DNA of 64,000 bases from Hyphochytrium catenoides (taxonomy: Eukaryota > Protista > Hyphochytriomycota), in assembly GCA_900088475.1 (NCBI GenBank), contig FLMG01000261.1, positions 1 through 64,000 on the forward strand. The letters are read 5' to 3'. Within the stretch, counting starts at the first letter, position 1. Each line of letters opens with the position of its first letter. Position numbers and translations under genes: made by a program. The notes under the pieces were generated by a model. The model ran no database searches. It worked only from the letters and a program-made list of their open reading frames with translations, and was not told the DNA's origin. Positions 24,410 to 36,734 of this stretch are shown in pieces.

Positions 24410-24544
24410 TGTGGTGAGCTGCCCCTCCTACCCCCCCGGAACCTTCTGACCCATCCTCCCCACGAGCCTAGGGCCTATAAGTTTCCAAGTCTCCTGAACC
24501 ACATAGAATTGTAATGGCAGTCACCAAGTTCCTTGACATCCACA
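24410..24544 (+). repeat. 3' LTR (TGTGG...CCACA)
   Basis: Perfect 5-bp terminal inverted repeat; homologous to, but clearly diverged from, the 5' LTR. Confidence 0.8.
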
Positions 24545-24658
24545 GTCCTATTTGGCTTCAATAGCCTCTAACGGCCATATTCAAAACGAAGCGTCATGCC
24601 CACCTTCAACTCTTTGTCTCACAGAACTGGGCTACCTAGCTCTAGCGCTCTCTTCCAG

Positions 24659-24660
<2 letters not shown>

Positions 24661-24726
<66 letters not shown>

Positions 24727-24741
24727 CGCTCGCTCGCTCGC

Positions 24742-24775
<34 letters not shown>
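24661..24775. repeat. (CT)n/(CTCG)n microsatellite upstream of the acidic-protein gene
   Basis: Direct observation. Confidence 0.95.
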
Positions 24776-24930
24776 CCCCCCTCTTGCTTGTGAGGTCCAT
24801 CGATGGCACGTTGATTGCGAGATCGCTAGAGCTTCTGACATATTCTATAGTCCTGTTCTCTTGGGTTCCGGCAAGCCAAGCGACCGCTCCGCTCATTGAC
24901 TCACTAGTCTCACTTTCATCTTCGGAGAGG

Positions 24931-25551
24931 ATGAGCTCAGATCCTGAGGACCAAGAAGAAGAGGAAGGAGAAGACGAAGACTCCGAAGAGGAATCTTCTG
25001 AGGACGAAGAGGAAGAAGAGAGCGGAGAAGAAGAGGATGATAATGAGGAGGAAGAGGAGGAAGAGGAGGAAGACGAAGAAGAAGGGAATGAAGAACAGGA
25101 GCGCAACGGAGAAGATAGCGCGACGCAGACTGATCAGGCAGTCAGAGAGGCAGCTCTGAAGATTCTACGAAGCTCATTAGCCATGGAAAACATAAAGCTT
25201 CGGATTATTCGGAAGTACAAGCTGCCGGCGTCACTGCTTATGGCCCAAGACGAAGAACAAGAAGCCCAACAAAAAGAGAAAGAGATGCCTGCTCAAGATC
25301 GGAGCAGCGCTCTTCCTCTCCCTCCTTCAAGGGAGTTTCTCAACAGAGAGGTTCCTCCTCCAGCCCCTCTTCCAGCCCCTCACAAGGAAGACGAAGGAAA
25401 CGGTCTAGGAGCAAGAACAAAGCCATCCTCTTCTTCCTTATCGGCCCCGCTCTTAGTGTTGGGGGAGTCTCAAGATCAGGAAGTGGCCTTGCCCCCGTCT
25501 CTCTTTGAAAGTGAGGTAGTCAAGAAAGCGATGGCCATCCTCCTCTCCTGA
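24931..25551 (+). CDS. Hypothetical protein with a highly acidic N-terminus and a Pro-rich region
   Basis: Single ORF from MSSDPEDQEEEEG..; poly-E/D tract then a helical segment (VREAALKILRSSLAMENIKLRIIRKYKL). Lies downstream of a (CT)n leader like other genes here. Confidence 0.6.
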   Translation: MSSDPEDQEEEEGEDEDSEEESSEDEEEEESGEEEDDNEEEEEEEEEDEEEGNEEQERNGEDSATQTDQAVREAALKILRSSLAMENIKLRIIRKYKLPASLLMAQDEEQEAQQKEKEMPAQDRSSALPLPPSREFLNREVPPPAPLPAPHKEDEGNGLGARTKPSSSSLSAPLLVLGESQDQEVALPPSLFESEVVKKAMAILLS

Positions 25552-26091
25552 TTGCAGATCTATGACGTCTCTGTACAAGGACTTGTGAGCATCTATTAGC
25601 CACAGTGGGAAGTGAAGTGAGAAAGACAGACTAAGCATAGACGGCTGCGGACGTTGCAATCCATCGGAAACGCTAAGCATATTCGAGGCTTGTCTGATTG
25701 TAGACAGAGCCAAGAGCGCAGGAACAAGGGCTCAGAAGGGCCTACGCGCTAAGAATAGGCAGCAGGGTTGAAGGCTATACCTACTAAGCAGCCCATTGCC
25801 GAAGGGAAAGACTGACAGGAACTAGGCTGACGTAGTAGGGGAGACGAGAGGGATAGAGAGAGACGGGTTTCCTGTTTTATTCTCTTTGAGGTTGTTCAGC
25901 CTAAAGGCAAGAGGCCAACGCTAAAAAACATATAGAGACAGAGATGAAGACAGATGAGCCGCTAGACCGTTGTGATAAGGTCGAGAAGTAGAACAAATAG
26001 CTAGAGAAGTCCGTACTGCCCCGGTATCTCCATAAAGACCTCTGATCCTCATCCCTCCTTTCTTCTTTGCTTTAGATACGCAGACTTCTTC

Positions 26092-28909
26092 CTAGCCAGC
26101 CACCACCAGCGGTTTATATTGGGGATCATACATCTTGTTCTTCACCCAGTCTTCTAAGGTTGCCCCCCGTCTCACCTCAGGCTTCACCCGCGCCACATTG
26201 GTATCTATCGCAGTTCGAATGACAGCGGTAGCCACTCGGAGAGAGACTTCTCTTATACGTCGAACTGTAGGGAAGACTCTACCTCGCTCTACGTCCTCAG
26301 GGGTTGAGGATTCAGACAAGGCTTTTGCCGCCGCGAAAAACATCTTGTCAGAGACACCAGAGGCTTCACAGAGAAGAGCGCCGAGGCCCACGCCCGGGAA
26401 GATAAACATATTGTTACATTGGGAGATCTCATAGGTCTTCCCATTGTAAGTGACGGGAGCAAACGGGCTACCACTCGCGAAAATACAGCGCCCATCCGTA
26501 TATTCAAAAGCCTCCTGTGCCGTGCATTCCGAGTTAGACGTTGGGTTAGAAAGAGCGAAGACGATGGGACGCTCAGTGTGCTTGCTCATCTCGCCAAGGA
26601 CTTCACTGGAAAAGGCGCCAGTCGCAGACGAAAGACCAAGGATGCATGTTGGCTTTATCCTCTTCACCGTCTCAAGAAGAGAGAGCTTGTCGGGGTAGTC
26701 TGACCGGGCAAACACGTCCTGTCCACCCCAAAGGTTTTCTCTCTCTGCTCCTATGAGCCCCTGATGGTCTACTACCCAGAACTGCTTTAATGCGTCCTCG
26801 GCATCCATTCCTGAGTGCACCATACCGCCCAGAAGACTGCTAGCTACGCCCATTCCGGCACTTCCAGCGCCCAGGACAAGGATCCTTTGCTCTGTAAGAG
26901 ACTCCCCCTTCTGTTTGCATGCATTAAGCAGCCCTCCTAACACCACGGCCCCCGTACCCTGTATGTCGTCGTTAAAGCATAGTTGCTTGTTCCTATAGCT
27001 TTTCAGTATATCTGACGCCACAGAGCTGTTGAAGTCCTCGAATTGAACTAGGGCCTTGGGCCATCGCGCCCGTACCGCTCTCATAAACTCATCAATAATT
27101 GCGTAGTAATCTGGCCCGGTCAGTCTCTCCTCTTGCACTCCAAGATAGAAAGGATCTTTTAGCAGCCTCTTGTTGTTGGTTCCAACGTCTATGATGCAGG
27201 GCAAGGTCTTGGCAGGGTCAATACCGCCCGCAGCGACGTAGAGCGCCAGCTTTCCAATAGGGATGCCCATCCCGTTGAGCCCCAAGTCTCCCAGCCCAAG
27301 AATCCTACTGCCGTCCGTTACGACAATGACCTCTACATCGTCCACTGGCCAATTATGCACCATGGCGCCGAACTGTCCCTTGTCGAACTTCGAGAAGTAC
27401 ATGCCCCGAGGCCGACGGAAGCGATCCGCGAACTTTTCGCACACTGCGAAGTGAGCGAACAGAAATAAGAAGCAGATGGAGCCGAGTGTGAGACAAAGAT
27501 AGAGAGATGAAATACGGTTGCAGCAGGTCTTCCAGGAAGAAGAAGTAGCTTGGAAGGTGAAGAGACTAAATGCATAGGAACAGGAAAGTGTGGAGCTGTG
27601 GAAAACGATAGACAGAAAAGACTCTCTTACGAAGGAGGAGAGGCAGCACAGTCATTTCAAGGCGAAGTCACTTTGAGACCGAGCTTAGCCAAATGCTTTG
27701 AATGTTTACCTTGCCCGACTACCGGCGTATAGATGATAGGCGCCACCTCTTCTATGTGATCGATCACTAGCCGGTAGAAGAGCGTCTCATTCCTGTCGTG
27801 AAGGGTCATAAGGAACATATTCTGCTCCAAAGGGTTGGCCTGCTCGTCACAACGGATCTTCGTCTTTCTGACTTGCTCTTGCAGTGTGAGGGTCCGAGGG
27901 GGTACGAGTCCTCTGAGGCCTAAGACGTAGAAGTGCAATCGAAAGCGGTGAACACGTTCAGACCTTGAGCATGATCCATAAGGAAAGGAAGATTCTTTCT
28001 CTTAGGAACAGTGGCAAATTCAAGAGGAAGGAGGGTAAGGCTCAAGCTAAACAAAGATAACAGGAGAAAGAACAAGATAACGGGAGAAAGCCCAAAGCTT
28101 TGCTGGAAGGACGGAGAGGGAGAAAACCGTAGAAACGGATAGGCAGAGCGCTCCGAGCAGATGCACAGCAAAGTCAAGAGAGTGCCTCAGCAGCCTCAGA
28201 GAGGGGTAAGACACGAGGGAACGAGAGGCTGCGAGGGCAGCAGAGACTGCGGATTAACAGATTAGCAAGGATGTCGCAGGTGTCGCACCGAGCCTATCTC
28301 TCTCTGGGTAAGTATAGCCGGACCCCTTGTTATATATAGGATTATTGATCTGCACTCAATGAGTAGGAGGAACGGCAGCTCAGAGACACAGCAGAAAGGA
28401 CCGGGAGCTTCCAAGGTAGCAGAAGAATGCTCAAGGAGACGCAGGCCCAAACGCATAATCCTAGCACCGCTCTTTGCCCTTACTTGGCGATATTCTTAGC
28501 ACTGCATCGCCTTTGCCCTCCACTCTCCTCTAGCTCATCACACTCTCTCTCTCTTCCCCTCTCTCGCTCTTCAATTCTCTGTTCATATCCCCCGCCTCTT
28601 TCTCCCGGATTTAGCTCGCTAGTTGCTAAGGTGCTTCCAGGACCGCCAAATGCGCTTCTTCTGCCCTCTTCTCTCTTCGTCTGCGTCTGAACTCACCGTA
28701 TAGTGTCCGCCCTTGGGCACTGTCACTGGTGGCTGGTACTTAGGAACCTTCTTCAGCATCTTCTGTACCGACTCCGCCGCCTCGGAGGATCCCGGGACAG
28801 AGGAAGATGAAGAGGACGATGAAGAAGAAAGGTAGCTCAGACCTCCATAACGAGAGAGACGCGTTCGTGTGCCTTTGAGGCTGACAACAGGCGAATTTCT
28901 CCTCAACAT
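26092..28909 (-). CDS. Malic enzyme (NAD(P)-dependent, probably mitochondrial)
   Basis: INNPIYNKGSGYTYPERDRLGLRGLVPP, LHDRNETLFYRL, PIIYTPVVG, VTDGSRILGLGDLG, QFEDF, FNDDIQGTG, GAGSAG, LSNPT, ASGSPF, QCNNMFIFPGVGLG. R/S-rich N-terminal presequence; four coding exons. Confidence 0.97.
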
Positions 28910-29516
28910 GCTTCTTAACCTGTTCCTGTCTTCACCTGCACGAGAGAGGCAACGTAAGCTCACCACGGAAAGGGTTAGATGAAGGGAAGGAGAGAGTGGC
29001 AACATTGCTCAGAGCTAGAAGAAGATAAACTGGATAGGAGAAGAGTTGCGGGCCTTAGGATGGGACACCGCACAAGAGGTGATGAGAAAGGACTAGAGAC
29101 AGATGATCCCGTGACGATCGTATGAGCAAGATCCAACTGACAGCTAACGTAAAGAGGCTCCGTACTTTTCTCTCTCTTTCTCGAGTTGCCTTCACGGAAT
29201 GGCCCTGGCCATCACCGGCACGGTCCTCAGCAGGAAAGGAATCGCGGCAGAGGCTTCCGTCAGCCTTGCTCCAGACCAGCTGATGACTCTGGAGACGAGA
29301 GGAGAGGGGAAAGGAGGAGCCAAGTGCACCCAACCAAAGAAAGAAGAAGGCTGATGCGTGGAGAAGAGTAGAACTCTAGAGCTCTAGTTCCCCTATTGGA
29401 TGAGGAGGAGGCACAATGAGAGAGAAAACTGGAGCAGGATAGGAATGAGTGGAACGAACGAACGAAAGCGCGCGAGCGAGAGAGAGAGGACAGAGATAAA
29501 GGGATATAAACCTTTA

Positions 29517-29517
29517 T

Positions 29518-29588
<71 letters not shown>

Positions 29589-29802
29589 AATAATACTGTA
29601 GTAAGTTGGGGGGAAGAGTTGTATGTCGTAGCAGTAGTGCCTGCCATAACCCATAGATAATATTAGAGACCCTATCCCCTAATTACCCGGTGTATCTCAA
29701 CCAAAAAGATTTCTGCACAGATGACCGTTAGCGGTCCTAAGCCAGCAACGGCTCTCATCGCTCCTCTCTCTCTTCTCTCTCTCTCTTCGATCTCCCTCTC
29801 AT

Positions 29803-29864
<62 letters not shown>

Positions 29865-29884
29865 CTCTTTCTCTCTCCCTCTCT
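29517..29884. promoter_or_regulatory. Bidirectional promoter region: (AG)n - AT-rich core - (CT)n between malic enzyme and YIF1
   Basis: Opposed microsatellites flank a core of about 170 bp between divergent genes. Confidence 0.55.
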
Positions 29885-30340
29885 GTGTCACGTCGCGCTC
29901 ATCATGAAGTCTCTTTTAGCTGTCTTTTATCGGCTCTGTCTCTTGCCAGCCTTCAACGCAAAAAAGTTCTCTTTTAGGAAAGCAGGGACTCTGTGGCCTT
30001 CACTCTTTAATTTCCTCTCGATACACGGTCCTCCGCATCAGCGATCGCTAGAGAGACAAAAGCTGAATAAAGAGAGGTAAGAAGAAAGAGACAGAGCGGC
30101 TGATTGTTAGAGACACACGGAGATAAAGGTGACAGGAAGCAGAAAGACAGACGACACACAGAGAGAGGGCGGGCGGCCCAGGCAAGATGTAGAGAAGACG
30201 CAAGGCGCTAGAGCCATGAGTGCTGAGAGCTATAAAGTCTAGAAAGATAAGCATGGTAAGCACTTAACAGCCGTGTTCCTGTCTTCTCTGTAGGGGAGAG
30301 ACGAGCATAGAGCTTGACAGAGAGAAGATTTGAGGACAGG

Positions 30341-33126
30341 ATGTCAGGTATCCTTCTTGGTCCTTATATCCTTGCTCTAACCTCCTGCCACGGATTATCC
30401 TGCCCACGCTTTCTGTTCACTTTCTCTCTCTTGCTCCACTTGTGCCTCCTCGCAGTAGCTTATCGCTGCTTGTCCCCTGGCCCCTTCCGCCCCTATCTGC
30501 CCTGTCAGCACCTTATGGAGACCCGAACAAGCAGCAATATCATGCTGGCACTGGCGGCGGTGCTGGCGGATACACCGCACAGCCTTTTCCTGGAGGCTAC
30601 GGGGGTGGGATGGATCCCAATGCGGCCGCAGGGGCACCTTGGCCTCAACCAATGCCGCAGAACACCTTTAATGCCTTCCCCCCACGTCCCGCTGGAGTTG
30701 GGGGACAGGTGCCGCAGGTATCTGATGAGAGTCAATGCGAAAGGAGTTTGAAGAAGATGCAAATTTGAAGACTAGGGAGGGAGGGAGAGAGAGAGAGACA
30801 CAGAGGGAGAGAGACGAAGAGAAAAGAAGAAAAGAGAGAAGCTCAAGCGCTACCTATTCAGACGTGACAACCTCCCTACGGACAACTCTCTAACGAGACT
30901 GCTCTAGGTGGGCCACGGATTCCAGAAGCCTGGAGAGAGGAGAGACGACTACCAGCAGAGAGTCGCTATATCGCAGCAACAGTCGCAAACCCCAGCTCCC
31001 TTTATAAACAATCTCTCCGCAGGGTAAGGCAGAGAAGACAGAAGGAAAGGACAGAGAGGACACTTACACTGGGGCACAAAGTACAGTACATGAGAGAGAG
31101 AAAGGATAATCCCCTGCGAGGCAGGAATTAGATGGATCTACTTGCTAGAAGTAGATGAAGAAAGGAGGATAGAGATGAATTTTAACAGTACACTTGGGCC
31201 GTTGCAGGGAACAGCTCGCTGCAAATTTCTTTCTGAATCAATGGCAGACTCATGGCCAGCAGTATACCGCAGGTACATTCTGCTATGTCTGTCCCTCTCT
31301 CTACCATTCATCTTTCTCGCCTACGTGCACTCTGAATGTGCACTCTGGAATGAGAGATATGAGGTCTCGGAGTACTCTGTAGGACGATGTCATGGAAAGA
31401 GACAGACAGACAGAAAGAGGGCTCACGGCTAACCTGCAGGGGCACATACTTTCTTCCAGTCTCTCAAGTTCTATTTCACCGTTAATAACTCCTACGTCAC
31501 TAACAAAGTCAAGGTAAAAGCACAGAGTCCTCTTCCTCTTCTCTCCTTTGCGGTTCCTCCCTCCCTTCCTGGCTGTCATACCTGCCAATCTGTATTGTTA
31601 TTCAGGTGTGGCGCGGCCAGCGAAGCCAATCTGCTAACTTTTTGCTATTCTCTCCTATTCGTCCATTATTCAGCTTATCTTTGAGGTTCATGTCGTCTTT
31701 CTCTCCCGTTGCAGGTGCTGTTTATGCCGTTCCGCCACAGGAATTGGAGAAGGATTAGGATGGATGACCCTGTTGACGGTCCCGGAGACGGCAGGATGGT
31801 ACGCACGTAGATTATCGGGTCGGGAGACCCCGGTAGATTATTTTCTCCCCATCATCTTCAGCTTAGGACCATCTGAACTTTTACTGCTTTCGGGAGACCT
31901 CGTTCACCTATCTCACTTGGGACTGATCTTTTGGCAGTCCAAGTATGCGACACCCGCGAACGACATCAACTGTCCGGACCTCTACCTTCCTCTTATGAGC
32001 TTTGTCACGTATGTGCTGCAGGTTGGATACGTTAAGGGCGCCACTGGACAGTAAGTAGATTTTTATCTTAAAATGTCCACATCTGTGCTTAACTTTTTGG
32101 CGCTTTCGCCAGCTCCACCGATGCGGCATTTGCTCCGATACGAACATTGCGGTCAATATTTTCTTTATCAATGAGACCCATCTCGCAGAATGTTATGCCC
32201 TTTATCTCTTCTACCAGGTCTCTTTCTCTCTATGCTAGGCAGCTCTGCTCCCTGGGGCCTCCCCTCGTCCGTCCTCTTTGTCTCGGACACCACCATTCAT
32301 TCTAAGGACCTCTCCATTCGCGCTTTCAGGTTTAGCCCAGAAGTGATTGTACAAGTGGGCACCAGCTGCTTGGTGACCCAAATCCTCGAGATCCTCCTGA
32401 TCCGCCTATCTTTGTACCTTATTCACTCCCAGCTAGGCTTCCTCGATCTACTCGCGTATACAGGGTACAAATATCTCAGGTAAGGCAAGGTGCGAATGAG
32501 AAGAGCGCGTCCACATGAACAGAGAGGGAAGAGCGGAGTCATGGAAGTGATGCAGCCACTAGCCTAGGCTCTGTGAGGCGCTTCCAGAGGTGCATAACAC
32601 AGTTACTGACCTGGACGTTCTGAACAGCTTGGTCGTAAACATGGCTGTGGGCTTACAGCTGGGCGGCACCTGCTACTACATGTCAATGCTGTACACCGGG
32701 TCGATGATAGCTTACGCGATGGTCAGTCTCTTATCTCTTCTTCAGGCCGCTGTCAGAAAGTAGACATGATTTCATTGTTTGGGTACTTGCTCGAGTGGTC
32801 ATGCCTTTTTCCCTGTTGCGTCTTCGCCCCTTTTGATGCTAGGGGTGTGCGAGAGTGTTTCCCATCAAGATGGCTCTCTCTCTCTCTCTCATCTGGTTAT
32901 CGTCGTAGCACGTACTCTTTGTCTCGGTCCTTATGCTTTTCGGTCCAAACAGCTTAACACGCTAAAGGCGACCCTTGAGACAAGCGGTATGTCTGGTGGA
33001 AAGCGACGGAACTATACGATTGTAGGCATCGGCCTAGCCCAGCTGATCCTTGTCTGGTTCCTGGGATATAACCGAGAACTGGCATTGCTCAGTCAGGGCT
33101 CTGTGCTGCTCTCTGGCACCCCATAG
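30341..33126 (+). CDS. YIF1: YIF1 (Yip1-interacting factor) ER-Golgi membrane protein
   Basis: LKFYFTVNNSYVTNKVKVLFMPFRH, DINCPDLYLPLMSFVTYVL, FSPE, LDLLAYTGYKY and several hydrophobic helices. G/Q/P-rich N-terminus; 7-nt first coding exon ATGTCAG|gt. Confidence 0.93.
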
Positions 33127-33599
33127 AGTTGAACACGTCAGGAACTTTTGGCTCCTCTCCCACCTCATATCTCTCGTCCTTTCTTGCCCTGCTTTCTGTC
33201 TTTAACACGCTTTCTTTAAGTGGACCTTCTCACTCGACGAGGACAATGTGCTTCATCAGTAAACTGAGATTGTTTGGGCTAATGACACGAAGACCGAACA
33301 AGCGCCCTGCTGGTTAGACCTGCATAGATAGGACCTCCTTTTCGCGCTAGTAGGGCCTGCTCGTACCGAAATATCCAACATACAACGTTCACGCAGCGCT
33401 CTCTACTATTGAGCTTCCTCTACGCCTCTCAGTCTGCTGCCCAGCCATGTTACCCTTCACTGCCTTCTCCTCCGGACTCTACGTTTTCACTGTCTGCCGA
33501 CATGCGTGCCATCACATTGACCTTCTCTCCTCATCGGGATGCACGTTCCTCTTCATCATTGTCTGTCGCATGCTTGGGGTCTGGTCGGTTTGTCTGTAA

Positions 33600-33673
<74 letters not shown>

Positions 33674-33932
33674 ACACAATCCTGTGTGACGTGTGAGTAG
33701 CCTAGACCATAGTGTGATTGTGTGGCATCGAGATATCCCCCAGGAGTGTTGTGGCTCAACAGATAGAAAAGGTTTCAAAGCTGAAGGTCGCGGGAACTGT
33801 TTTCCTTGCTGCAGACTGTCTGTTGAGACGGGGGCAGCAGAGCAATGAGCGCGGTTGAAAGCGCGGGAGAGAGAGAGAGAGAGACAGTCAGAGAGAGAGA
33901 GAGAGAGAGGGAGGAGAGAGGAAAGAGAGAGA
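33600..33932. repeat. (CT)n at 33600-33672 and (AG)n at 33866-33932
   Basis: Direct observation. Confidence 0.9.
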
Positions 33933-34501
33933 AAGTAAGGACAAAAGCAGTCCTGCTTGTCCTGCGTCCTTCCTTATTCATAAGCAATCCTTCTTCCTCG
34001 TCTAGATCTCTCTTTCTTCTATCGGCTATCCCCATACTGATGGTTAAGGCTATCTCCCTCCATGGCCCTCGCTTAGAAATAGCCAAGCGTGTGTTGAAGC
34101 GCCATCGGCATCGCCCGCTTGACTCGCAGCCGTAACCCCTCCTACTTTGGTCGACAGACAGAGAGCGTGACTCTGTCCGCAACTCTTCTCGGGGCCTCTA
34201 GATTTCTCCCTTGATCGTAATGCACGGAGTGCTCCGCTCGTAGGAGTCGTGGCATCAGATAACACTGAATAGCCCCGAAAGCTCACAGCGATTTCTAGGC
34301 AGCTAGACGGAAGGGGCCCCTGACTGATGGAAGGTCTAACCGTCAAGCGGAGCAAGTCAACGGAGCGGCCAATATCGCCAACATGAACCGCCAACATCTG
34401 CACAAAGTAGTTGGCAAATCTAGGACTCTTCAGTTCAAGGCAACGGGCTCTTCCCATATCAAAGCGGCCTCGTTCTTCTAAAAGCCAAAAGGGAAGGAGC
34501 A

Positions 34502-36170
34502 ATGACAACTAAGGGCGGGCTTCTCAAAACGAAAGTTGTGCTAGAAGAACAATTGAAGATCCTACAGAGAGAGGCCGCTAAACTCCAGCTTCGGCAGGCC
34601 AATGAAGAGGGAACCAAGCAAGGGCGAGAGGGCGGAAGAAGTAATAAAAAACGAGAGAGAAAACATCCTCAGGCGGAAGACGAGCTTTCATCCTTAAGCA
34701 GCCTTTCAGACCGTGATCATGTCTTCTTGCAGAATAGCTCCAGGTTAAGAGAGAGAAAGGAGAAGAATAAAGGATTGAGAGAGCGACAAGGAGAGAAAGA
34801 CTACGAGGAAGACGCTCAAGATACTGGATCCTTCTCTTCAAAGCAGATAGACCAGAATGTACAGCACGGAAAAGAGAGATCCTTAATTCTCTCCACAGTG
34901 GACAGATGGCAGCCTCGCTCAACCGCGCCAGGTTCAAAAGGAGAGAGAAGCCACCACGAGCTCGAGGCGGTTCAGAGGGACAGAGACCGTCTCCAGGCTA
35001 GAGTCGAGGAGGTACTCTCACTCTCTTGCGCTCACTGTCTCCTCGCTCCTTGTCGTCGTGCTCTCTTCTTGCTTTTCCCTTTTCTGCTCTTCTTTCATGC
35101 CCCTGTCCACATTTCTTATGCTGAGAATACCCTCCGTCATCTGCAACTAAAAAATGTTCTGTCGGCTGTCCCTCCCCATCGGACCGTCTCTCTGTCTCTA
35201 TGTAATTGCTCTCAATCTACTTTCATCTTTCAGCTGGAGCAGGACAATGCTCGATATCGTTCGATGCTGCAGCATTACGAGGAGATGCGAGCAGCCGTGA
35301 TGAAGCTGCAGCATGAGAAGCGTTCTCTCCTGCTCTCCTACGAAGCTTCCGAGCGGCTCAGATGCCGACAAAAGGCGTTAATCAAACTCTTGCAAGCAAA
35401 CCAGGAGGCACGGGGCACGAGTGGCGGACAGGAAGAGAGTGTTGAGATGCCGCTCTCCCCTCGTTCCTTCCAAACTTTACCCTGCTCGAAGGAAGAGACA
35501 CTTCTAGGTAGATTCAATGCTTGTCTCGGCTAGCTTGCCAATTCTCTCTATCTCTTCGTCTCGTAGGGGACTCCCTTAACCGCTTCTACTTATTCTCCAA
35601 CCTTCCAGTCAAAGGTGTGGGTCCCGCTCCGTCTCTTTAGCTCCACCTGGGTCCACCGCTTCTTACGCTGCTTTTTCACGGCCCTTGCACGCAGATGGTC
35701 AGTCCGAACCTTTGTGGTCTGCTTCGGTGGAGAAGAGCATCAGCCTATCCCGCGTCCACCAGCTCCCTGTCTCTCCTTTGGCGCCTGACTGCAAAGAGGA
35801 TAGGGACAACTTCAAGATGCATCGACGGCGGCCACCTCCTCTTTCTCTTGTAGCGCTGAAAGCAGGAGAGAGTGCTCTTCATACTGCACGTCCTTCCAAT
35901 TCCATCGAGCCACGCCGGCTGCGTCCTCAGGCGTCTCTAGATCAACGACCACGCGGTGGTAAGACAACGAGGAAAACAGAGAAACAAACTTCACGTCCAT
36001 CGCCATCTCTCTCACGAATGGAGAAACCCAAAAAGATCTCTAACGTGCAGAATGAGAGGACCCTTAGAAAACAAAAGGCAAAGGGCGCCCTATTGTCCGT
36101 GAAGGAGGCGCTCATCTCAACCGGCCGTAGGAGAAGAGGGGCTGATGAAGGCCACCGCCCTTGGCGGTAA
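34502..36170 (+). CDS. Hypothetical coiled-coil protein (about 3 exons)
   Basis: Exons approximately 34502-35011, 35234-35507 and 35695-36170 with GT-AG boundaries; heptad-rich ELEAVQRDRDRLQARVEE|LEQDNARYRSMLQHYEEMRAAVMKLQHEKRSL. Confidence 0.6.
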
Positions 36171-36734
36171 CGTGGACTATGCATGCCCATCTGCAAGACA
36201 TTGGCTCTTTAATTTTCTGGCTTCAAGTAGAGAGCTGAAGTTTGACATCGGTGTTCTTCGGAAGGGGAAGAAGTCTGCTCCTCAAAAAGGTGGGTCCTCC
36301 TTTGCCGATAGGAGAGAGAAGAGCCACACGTCACTCTTCAAAGCCATAAAAATAAGAGAGGATGAGGAAAGGCTCCACTTGCCTCGAGCTTCACATGCCG
36401 CTGTCTCTTCATGATCGAGACTTTTGGGTGCAGGACCAGAGAATTATCTCACGAGGAATTCTTATGGGTGTGGTCCAACACATCTCATAGCATAGATTAA
36501 AAAAATAGATACTGATAGGGCTACTCTTGTCCCCTTTATAAATACTAATATCCACGACAGGTGTCTCAGCAATCCGTAGCGAATGCCTAGCTTAGAACTT
36601 ACACCTTATAGGTCCGAAGCCCATGTCGCAAAACCGCTGCGTAAGGGATGCAGAGAGAGACAGGGGGAAACAGAGATGAAAAGATTATACTTCCATCTCT
36701 TTCCAACGATGGCAGAGACTTGCACATTGAGATC

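Larger units (their letters stand above)
17794..24544 (+). mobile_element. Decayed, rearranged Ty3/Gypsy LTR retrotransposon
   Basis: Domain order gag (MVATRS start at 18105, CCHC knuckles) - protease (DTGVEVSLV) - RT (YSSP, DLAEGFHQ, PMG, YIDD) - RNase H (TDGS..TDHKPL) - integrase (HHCC region FHDEASHIG..YYWP, GPY motif). Related terminal repeats and a polypurine tract before the 3' copy. Many frameshifts and stops. Confidence 0.95.
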
